A stretch of DNA of 60,806 nucleotides from a virus (taxonomy: Duplodnaviria; Caudoviricetes): IMG/VR virus record IMGVR_UViG_3300042894_001153, positions 1 through 60,806 of that record. The stretch is one strand, 5' to 3'. Both the position numbers and the translations under genes were made by a program. Of this stretch, positions 54,565-60,806 are shown one piece after another; the stretch's first letter is position 1, and every line of letters begins with the position of its first letter. Under the pieces are notes generated by a model that did no database searches, was not told where the DNA came from, and saw nothing but the letters and a program-made list of their open reading frames with translations.

Positions 54565-56807
54565 CTAATTATTTCACTTATTGTACCTGTATTACTGTAT
54601 TTTGCAAAGTTAATCTTTATTTTCGATTCTTTTTTTTCAGCTAAGTACAGATGTTTTTGAGTCGCCATAATAGCAAGCCCTGAGCTTATCGAGGCATCGT
54701 GCTTTGTTCTATCCGAAATATCAAACTTAGCCCAATCCTCTAACGTCCTTATAAAAATCATATCACCCATATCACCTGCCTCCCTATAACTTCCATCCAT
54801 ATCCATCCCAACGTACTTCTCTATGTAAGACTCAATAGCAGAGGCGTGAGCTTGCTTAATATCTTCACTTGAGTTAGGTATGCCACCAAGCTCTCTTTCG
54901 GTCTTAGAGAGGTTCGTATAGGTCTTGTCAGGCCTATTCATACAGAACCCCCTGTACCCTCTATTCTTGAAGTGGTATAATAACCTTGGTTTGTTGTTCT
55001 CTATTAGGATTGGCATACCGTAAAATACGCAGGCCATTAGAACCTCCTCGTAGAATATCTCTGCTGTCTGTGGTCTTGCTATGTACTCCAAAAAAAATGT
55101 ATTCACAGGTGCTTCATCCATATGGTATCCTGTTAGACCGTGCAGTGAACCATTAGAACCACCACCACCAACTACGCCCGATATGTCATAGCTATCGCAA
55201 CCAAACGCCCCTAAGTGGTCATTAAGTGGATACTTAACTCCGTTCTTTATCATAAACCTATTCTGCATCTGTGGTCTTGGATTCCACGAGATTAAAAATC
55301 TTCCATTATTATTCGGTGAGAACACAACCGTTGTGTCCTTTATCCCATCCTTCCAAGAGAACGAACCCCTTGTCATATGATGCTCCTTTATTAAAGTATC
55401 GTTGTAATCAATCTGCTGATATATCTTAGTCAGGTTAAACAAAGACATCTTGCTCTCATCCCTGAATGCGTGCGACTCCGTTCTTGGGTACTGCCTGTAA
55501 AACTCATTCAATGCATCTGCATCGTTCTTTAGAGCCTCTACCTCATTATCCCAATAAGTTATCGCCCCCTGGGATATCATCTCTCCATTAATACCTTCAA
55601 TCGGTTCTTCAGGTGCATAGAATACAGGCATACCATACCTATCAATGAAGCCCTCCATATTATGCTCCATTGGTATAAACAAAGAGTACATACCACTCTT
55701 GGTCTGACCGTTTGCACTTCTTTTATTTATATCAGAGTCCTCGTATAGCTTCTTAAAGTTATCTCCACCCTTGGCCAATGCATTTGAGGTTGAACCCATC
55801 ATACACTTTCCAATAACCCTACTACCCAATCTTAAGCAGGTCTTTGTTACCCTCCAATTATTTAAAATATTATTTGGCTTAATCCATTTGCCCGATTCGT
55901 CGTGAACCAATAGCCTTAGCTTCTCTCCATCGTAGGAGTTATCGTCCGTATTCTTCCAATCTATGCTCGTATCCAATCCATCGATATCATCGTTGGATAT
56001 GTTATACATATTTTTCTTTGTAATCTTTGCAGCAGGAACTCTAAATGCCAATTCAGTCTTAGGCTTATCCATACCATCCTGTACGGGCTTGAAGAAAAAT
56101 GGAAGCCTGTTATAGATTGGAACAACCTTGTCGGTGAACATCTTCTTGGCATCAGCACCTGTCTTGGATAGTATTCCAATCCTTGCATCCTTTGCTAACG
56201 TGCCAATATTATTGCACTCCGATGAGGACATATACGAAAATCCCGACCTCCTTATCTTGAGGTACGTCATTCCAAATGACCTTGGGTCAGCCTTGCAAGC
56301 CTCCCAAAAAATGTATAGTACTCTATTCGCTTCCCTAAAGTCAGGGTATCCTATGTCAATCGATGACCACTGAAGGTACATATAGTGTGAACCCGTAACG
56401 TACGTTGGTACTCCATTGTTCATAAACCAACACCCATTCTCCCTGTAATCAAACTCAGCCTCTATGTAGTCAACCCACAAGTCCTTAAACTCAGTTGGCA
56501 TATCGTTCCACTGAAATATGGTCTGTATCTTTTCTAATGGCTTTGGTATATCTGCTCTCTCCCAATACTGTTGCTTAGGATTTTTGTGTCTTTGAAGACA
56601 CTCTTTTGGAGCTAATGGCAAGGCTATTTTTAATCCTTGTATAGATATAACATCTCCAATCTCTCCTGTCTTTGATATAACTATGATATCATACTTTTGG
56701 TCGTACCCGTACGCCCACGTCTTAGCCTTATTCTTTACCAACATAGCGTTGGCAGGAATTAAATCTGTTACTACTGAGTATAAGCTATTTTGACCTTCTT
56801 TCTGCAA
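54561..56807 (-). CDS. terL: Terminase large subunit
   Basis: KIRRSGFS (deviant Walker A), LLVHDESGKW, GSTSN, GCDSYD, HDASISS; start uncertain (TTG 56807 or GTG 56837). Confidence 0.9.
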   Translation of the reverse strand: MQKEGQNSLYSVVTDLIPANAMLVKNKAKTWAYGYDQKYDIIVISKTGEIGDVISIQGLKIALPLAPKECLQRHKNPKQQYWERADIPKPLEKIQTIFQWNDMPTEFKDLWVDYIEAEFDYRENGCWFMNNGVPTYVTGSHYMYLQWSSIDIGYPDFREANRVLYIFWEACKADPRSFGMTYLKIRRSGFSYMSSSECNNIGTLAKDARIGILSKTGADAKKMFTDKVVPIYNRLPFFFKPVQDGMDKPKTELAFRVPAAKITKKNMYNISNDDIDGLDTSIDWKNTDDNSYDGEKLRLLVHDESGKWIKPNNILNNWRVTKTCLRLGSRVIGKCMMGSTSNALAKGGDNFKKLYEDSDINKRSANGQTKSGMYSLFIPMEHNMEGFIDRYGMPVFYAPEEPIEGINGEMISQGAITYWDNEVEALKNDADALNEFYRQYPRTESHAFRDESKMSLFNLTKIYQQIDYNDTLIKEHHMTRGSFSWKDGIKDTTVVFSPNNNGRFLISWNPRPQMQNRFMIKNGVKYPLNDHLGAFGCDSYDISGVVGGGGSNGSLHGLTGYHMDEAPVNTFFLEYIARPQTAEIFYEEVLMACVFYGMPILIENNKPRLLYHFKNRGYRGFCMNRPDKTYTNLSKTERELGGIPNSSEDIKQAHASAIESYIEKYVGMDMDGSYREAGDMGDMIFIRTLEDWAKFDISDRTKHDASISSGLAIMATQKHLYLAEKKESKIKINFAKYSNTGTISEIIR
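56586..56601. repeat. Palindrome copy 14 GTGTCTTTGAAGACAC (inside terL)
   Basis: Read directly. Confidence 0.95.
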
Positions 56808-57066
56808 ATCCTTGTTTTGTTTCTGTTTTACTTGCACCTTTCTCGATTGACTCTAACTGCAACTGCTCTGCCTCTATCCTGCTTAGAATCTCAAACGCAT
56901 CAAATATAGCTAACTTTTTTGTCATCGCTGCGTTCTTAAGCCTATCAGCAGATAGCTCATCCTCTGAGTCAAGCTTTATAATATCTTGTTTTGCAACCTT
57001 TATTAGTTGCTCTACTGCTATGTGACCTGCAGCTATTATCTTCTCTTTGATTTCTTTTGATGTCAT
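56785..57066 (-). CDS. Putative terminase small subunit
   Basis: Helical 93-aa protein overlapping the terL start; likely start MTSKEIK. Confidence 0.5.
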   Translation of the reverse strand: MTSKEIKEKIIAAGHIAVEQLIKVAKQDIIKLDSEDELSADRLKNAAMTKKLAIFDAFEILSRIEAEQLQLESIEKGASKTETKQGFAERRSK

Positions 57067-57067
57067 A

Positions 57068-57631
57068 CTAAATAACCATACTAATGTGATGGTCAAACAT
57101 TCTATATAGTTTTTCGCCATCAACATTAAATTCGTATTCCGTATCAGGCAGATATGTAACTAAATCACCTTCCTTAACCCCTTGACTCTTTAGATAGTCA
57201 TTTGCTATAAACATCTTGCCAATTAATGGCTCTTCGCTAAATGGTTTGAATATATACGAGTCCACCGTTGGAATTGGCTTTACAAAGCAGTACCTATCGT
57301 ATGCGTTCCAATCCTTTCCATCGTAGTACATAAAGAACTGCTCTGCGTCCACAAAGAACAAATCATCCTTAAAGTAGCTCCTGCCACTTCGTTGCATACC
57401 CCTCATATCGTTGTAGTACTTGAACACGTTGTGATGCACAAGAAGCACATCGCCAACCTTTATATTGCCTGAGTAGTTTACAGGTGTTCCAACCACCTCA
57501 GCGTATCTATTTGAGAAGTTAAAGTCCTCCTCAGATGTGCTGACAATAAAGTCAGTGCCTCCAATTTTTTTTACGTTGTTGTACCTCTTGCCATCCAATG
57601 GCCTTACAATAAAATCAAATAGTGATTTCAT
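57068..57631 (-). CDS. Tandem GroES-like domain protein
   Basis: Two halves, each with an F.V(K/R)P ... (V/E)GD..V pattern; ends VDGEKLYRM. Confidence 0.6.
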   Translation of the reverse strand: MKSLFDFIVRPLDGKRYNNVKKIGGTDFIVSTSEEDFNFSNRYAEVVGTPVNYSGNIKVGDVLLVHHNVFKYYNDMRGMQRSGRSYFKDDLFFVDAEQFFMYYDGKDWNAYDRYCFVKPIPTVDSYIFKPFSEEPLIGKMFIANDYLKSQGVKEGDLVTYLPDTEYEFNVDGEKLYRMFDHHISMVI

Positions 57632-57633
57632 TA

Positions 57634-57861
57634 CTAAAAATTTATGTTGAACTCGATAGAGATTGGCATAGAGTGGTTAAACTCCTTCCAAAGAAGAATC
57701 TCTTTCTTTGGTGACTCAATCCAAACTTTAATGGAATGGACATCAGAATCATATTTTATAAGGTGAATCTTGTACGCACCATTAAGCACGTCTTGTCCTA
57801 CAATGTAATGCATTGCACTTGACTTGTAGTCAGGCCCTATAGATATCTTTCTGATGTCCAT
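57634..57861 (-). CDS. Conserved hypothetical protein
   Basis: IRKISIGPDYK..AMHY.VGQ...WKEFN..MPISIE. Confidence 0.75.
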   Translation of the reverse strand: MDIRKISIGPDYKSSAMHYIVGQDVLNGAYKIHLIKYDSDVHSIKVWIESPKKEILLWKEFNHSMPISIEFNINF

Positions 57862-57870
57862 TGGGTACGA

Positions 57871-58134
57871 TTACTTAATTACCTCCATAGATGGAATAGA
57901 GGTCTCTTCTTCTTTTTCTGTAATCTCCCCTGTGTCAATGTTGATGGATGCATTCTTGCCGTACACATCAATTAAAGATGCCTCCATTTGAATGTAAGAC
58001 TGTTTTACCTCTTCAATTTTTTTAGCAATTGCGCCCTGATGCATTACCGTGTCTGCAAGCTGAATCTTTAGTGAGTTAAACTCCTGTACCAAGCCTCTAA
58101 TAGTGGCTAATTCGGTTTCTGTTAAATGTGCCAT
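57871..58134 (-). CDS. Coiled-coil hypothetical protein
   Basis: L...EL..I...YG...INIDTGEI; TATATTTG upstream at 58161-58168. Confidence 0.7.
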   Translation of the reverse strand: MAHLTETELATIRGLVQEFNSLKIQLADTVMHQGAIAKKIEEVKQSYIQMEASLIDVYGKNASINIDTGEITEKEEETSIPSMEVIK

Positions 58135-58168
58135 TTTATTTAATTTATTTAAGTTAAGTGCAAATATA

Positions 58169-58525
58169 TTATTTTTCTATCGATTTTATGCTATGGTCTT
58201 CCTCAATTTTACCCAAGACCCAATTCAAAGCTCTTCCAAGGATAGATAATGTATTAGTTAATTGGTTCTTTCCAAGGACACTACTTATAGTCTCATCAGA
58301 GTTTCCAAACCTATGCCCACCCACCTTTATCAAAAAGTCATTGAACAATTTAGATAGGTATGTATTAGCTCTTTGGTCTTCTGCCACAGCACACTTAAAT
58401 AGGTAGCCGTCTACCTCCTTGTACCCACTCTTAAATAAAGTGAGTAGTATGGAGTATGTAAATCCAATTGGATATATAAAGTACGTTAGTACCCTTGCGG
58501 TTATAAATAGTATTAATCCTTTCAT
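58169..58525 (-). CDS. Membrane protein (FGN.DETISSVLGKN family)
   Basis: Hydrophobic N-terminus and a conserved motif. Confidence 0.7.
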   Translation of the reverse strand: MKGLILFITARVLTYFIYPIGFTYSILLTLFKSGYKEVDGYLFKCAVAEDQRANTYLSKLFNDFLIKVGGHRFGNSDETISSVLGKNQLTNTLSILGRALNWVLGKIEEDHSIKSIEK

Positions 58526-58647
58526 CGTCTTTTGCCTTGTCCTCTGTACTTTTTTTCAGGTGGATTGTTTTTTGAATGCACCCCCTTATTACTTTTCTTT
58601 GCCTTTACCTTTAACGGGCTTGTTGCATTGGTTTTTATCTTAACCAT
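58522..58647 (-). CDS. Small basic protein (K.YRGQG family)
   Basis: Hand translation MVKIKTNATSPLKVKAKKSNKGVHSKNNPPEKKYRGQGKRR. Confidence 0.7.
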   Translation of the reverse strand: MVKIKTNATSPLKVKAKKSNKGVHSKNNPPEKKYRGQGKRR

Positions 58648-58822
58648 TGCCCTTTGCCTTAATATAGTAATATCTTATTGCAAATAATCCACTCGCAATA
58701 GCAATTAACCCTGCCAATAAACTTACGATAGGTTGTAGCTGTGTGCTAAAATGAGCAATTGTACTTACAACACTTGTAGTAAACAATGCATCTGCGGTAG
58801 AGTCACTTAAATTTGCCTTCAT
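58640..58822 (-). CDS. Small membrane protein, holin-like
   Basis: Hydrophobic helix IVSLLAGLIAIASGLFAI. Confidence 0.55.
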   Translation of the reverse strand: MKANLSDSTADALFTTSVVSTIAHFSTQLQPIVSLLAGLIAIASGLFAIRYYYIKAKGNG

Positions 58823-58823
58823 C

Positions 58824-59171
58824 TTATGTCAATGCTACAACCTCTACGTTTGCCTCTCCGTAAATCAATACTAAGTCATCGTACACTGCAGTTATCAAAA
58901 GAGTTTCAGCAGGTACTGTTTCAAATGCCTCTACAGGTAACTTTGCGTACGAGAAGGTGGTGTTAAAATCTGCAATACCCTGAAGAGGTTGCTTGCCATC
59001 GACCATTGATTGAATGCTTGCGTACACAAATGTTCCAATCTGTGCAGGTATTAATCCCTCTACTTGGCTTTTTACATCTGCATAGCCCTCTGCGATAATT
59101 ACCGCTGACCCACTTGGAATTTCTACTCCTGAAGTCAAATTTACTGTTGTTTTTATTTTTATATATTTCAT
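58824..59171 (-). CDS. Hypothetical protein (tail module)
   Basis: 115-aa ORF. Confidence 0.6.
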   Translation of the reverse strand: MKYIKIKTTVNLTSGVEIPSGSAVIIAEGYADVKSQVEGLIPAQIGTFVYASIQSMVDGKQPLQGIADFNTTFSYAKLPVEAFETVPAETLLITAVYDDLVLIYGEANVEVVALT

Positions 59172-59180
59172 ATTCTTTAT

Positions 59181-59375
59181 TTATTTCCAAACTCCCGAAA
59201 CTTTTATATTTGGTGTTGCAGTTTTCCATACTCCTGATACCTTTATATAAGCAGTAGCTTGTTTCCATACTCCTGCAACTTTTAACCAAAATATTGAGGA
59301 TACACTTGATGTTCCTACTATTGGTAGTATGTCTAATTCAATCTGCGCCCCATCATATAATCTTCTTGTTGCCAT
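59181..59375 (-). CDS. Small tail-fibre-associated protein with KV.GVWK repeats
   Basis: Three KV(A/S)GVWK repeats. Confidence 0.65.
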   Translation of the reverse strand: MATRRLYDGAQIELDILPIVGTSSVSSIFWLKVAGVWKQATAYIKVSGVWKTATPNIKVSGVWK

Positions 59376-59376
59376 T

Positions 59377-60180
59377 TTATGCTTCTGCTAATATTAATGC
59401 ACCAATAATTGAAAAGTTTACTGCCGTAACAGCACTAAAGGTTAAACAAGCATCAGGATGAATTTCACAAAGTGAACCAATTATGCATCCTGTACTAACT
59501 GAATCTAAAGGCATTGTACCTGTTGCACTTTCAAGTGAAATCATTGATAGTGGTTTAAATAAACAAACCCCAAAGTTTCCTGCTGAACCTGTTGTGGCAG
59601 CAAGAGTTACTGACTCAATACTTCTTATGCCCGTATCCCCTGCTTGTAATGGAATAGGAATTAAAACACCTACTTCTCTATAAAAACCTCCACCGAGTGT
59701 TGTGGCAGTAGATGTTCTACTACTCACTCCCGATGAATTTGTGTAGCTTATTGTGACTGTTGTTCCTGTTGTACCAATAATGCTATAAACTACAATTCCT
59801 GCCATAACACCTTCACCCGATGTATATCTTGTAAGTGCTGCGGTTGGCAAGTTTGTTGTTTGAGGTGTTGTTAAAGTAGCATTCAGCCCTCCGCTAACAT
59901 TTAACAAATCAACCACCATCATTGATGCTGCACTAAGAGTTGAAGTACTAACCCTTGCCCCTAACATTGTCAATCTACCTGTTGAAACTGCAGGTATATT
60001 ACTTATTGATTGTAGAGAATTTTTGTCTAATGCAACGCTTGTCGTTGGTGTAGCAGGGGCAGGATTAAAAGATTGCCAACTTGCATTCGGTCTCAATATT
60101 CTTATTGTGCTGGTGATAAAATCCGCGACACGATTTTCTTTTAGCTTGTCTAAGTATTCGTTAAAATTTGTTAGTGCCAT
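59377..60180 (-). CDS. Tail-associated protein (paralogue of the junction-spanning gene)
   Basis: Shares ALTR.T.G.G, YTN..G...RT, IPL.AGD.GI..IE, ATTG.AGNFG. Confidence 0.75.
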   Translation of the reverse strand: MALTNFNEYLDKLKENRVADFITSTIRILRPNASWQSFNPAPATPTTSVALDKNSLQSISNIPAVSTGRLTMLGARVSTSTLSAASMMVVDLLNVSGGLNATLTTPQTTNLPTAALTRYTSGEGVMAGIVVYSIIGTTGTTVTISYTNSSGVSSRTSTATTLGGGFYREVGVLIPIPLQAGDTGIRSIESVTLAATTGSAGNFGVCLFKPLSMISLESATGTMPLDSVSTGCIIGSLCEIHPDACLTFSAVTAVNFSIIGALILAEA

Positions 60181-60806
60181 TACTTTTCTATTGTTGCTAA
60201 TGAACCGAATATTTCAAGTGCAGTTCCACTATTAGGAATAAACATTAAAGACAAACAAGCATTAGGGTCAATAACGGGGATGCCTGGCAATCCTGTTGTG
60301 TAATCCCTCCACCCCATTGTCCCACCTGACCCAACAGGTATCCAAGCCAAAGGTTGTGCAATGGTTATACCAAAGTTTCCTGCCGTTCCCGTTGTAGCGG
60401 TTAATTGTATTTGCTCAATAGCTTGTATTCCACTATCTCCTGCGGCTAAAGGTATTCTCTGCATTCTTGATACTTCTCTAAAACCCGTATTACCTATGTT
60501 GATTGTTGATGTTCTACTTCCTGTCCCTGCTTGATTGGTATAGGTCATTGTAAGGGTAGTTCCTGTTGTTCCTATAATAGTGTAAATCTCATAAAATGCT
60601 ATATTACCTGCGCCTCCCGTATTTCTTGTTAAAGCAGGACTTGGTGTTGAGCCTTGTACGGTTTGTGCTGCGGTTGAAGTTCCCGAAAGTCCGCCTATAT
60701 GAAATAATCTATCGTATAATAAAAACACCCCTGAAGCATTCGGAGTAATAGATGCCCCAATTAAATGTTTATCTCTGCCACCACCTGCGGCAGTAAATGG
60801 GATTGC
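60180..60806 (-). CDS. 3' part (allele B) of the tail-associated gene that starts at 779
   Basis: Open frame to the window end; overlaps 1-557. Confidence 0.8.
   Translation of the reverse strand, partial: AIPFTAAGGGRDKHLIGASITPNASGVFLLYDRLFHIGGLSGTSTAAQTVQGSTPSPALTRNTGGAGNIAFYEIYTIIGTTGTTLTMTYTNQAGTGSRTSTINIGNTGFREVSRMQRIPLAAGDSGIQAIEQIQLTATTGTAGNFGITIAQPLAWIPVGSGGTMGWRDYTTGLPGIPVIDPNACLSLMFIPNSGTALEIFGSLATIEK

Noticed and set aside
51426-55340. Half-sites of the palindrome (for example TTAAAGACAC near 51428, GTGTCTTTGA near 53046, GTGTCCTT near 55333)
   Set aside because: Only one arm matches; compatible with chance
56785-56837. Programmed frameshift fusing TerS and TerL
   Set aside because: An in-frame TTG at 56807 explains the overlap and no clear slippery site with a stimulatory structure was seen
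1-60806. Stop-codon reassignment
   Set aside because: Genes are full length and tightly packed under the standard code, with TAA, TAG and TGA all used as stops

Overview
This window is an essentially complete, circularly permuted genome of a tailed, podovirus-like dsDNA phage of Bacteroidota. The unit length is about 60,249 bp because 1-557 overlaps 60250-60806. The host assignment rests on the many TTTG-N20-TAnnTTTG / TAnnTTTG promoters and on the gene families. The minus-strand arm (29.4-60.8 kb, continuing into 1-10.9 kb) holds terminase, portal, scaffold, major capsid, tail and ejection genes, a tail fibre, lysis genes, GroEL/GroES and a homing endonuclease. The plus-strand arm (11.8-28.9 kb) holds early genes (an HTH protein, an amidoligase, a GATase-GGCT fusion and many small ORFs) and recombination/replication genes (Sak3-like SSAP, exonuclease, SSB, primase-helicase, SF2 helicase). 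I recognised no DNA polymerase or integrase. The most unusual signals are non-coding. (i) There are 14 copies of a 16-bp palindrome GTGTCYTYRARGACAC, dense near the start of the early region but also written into core coding genes and into the capsid terminator. (ii) Two anticodon-less tRNA minihelices and other RNA hairpins sit directly behind these palindromes. (iii) A 188-nt tRNA-like RNA has its anticodon arm replaced by a multi-hairpin insert and is followed by a pseudoknot-capable RNA. (iv) An origin-like element occurs twice, and a 77-bp purine-pyrimidine alternating tract lies at the early/late junction. All protein calls come from motifs read by eye; no database searches were run.
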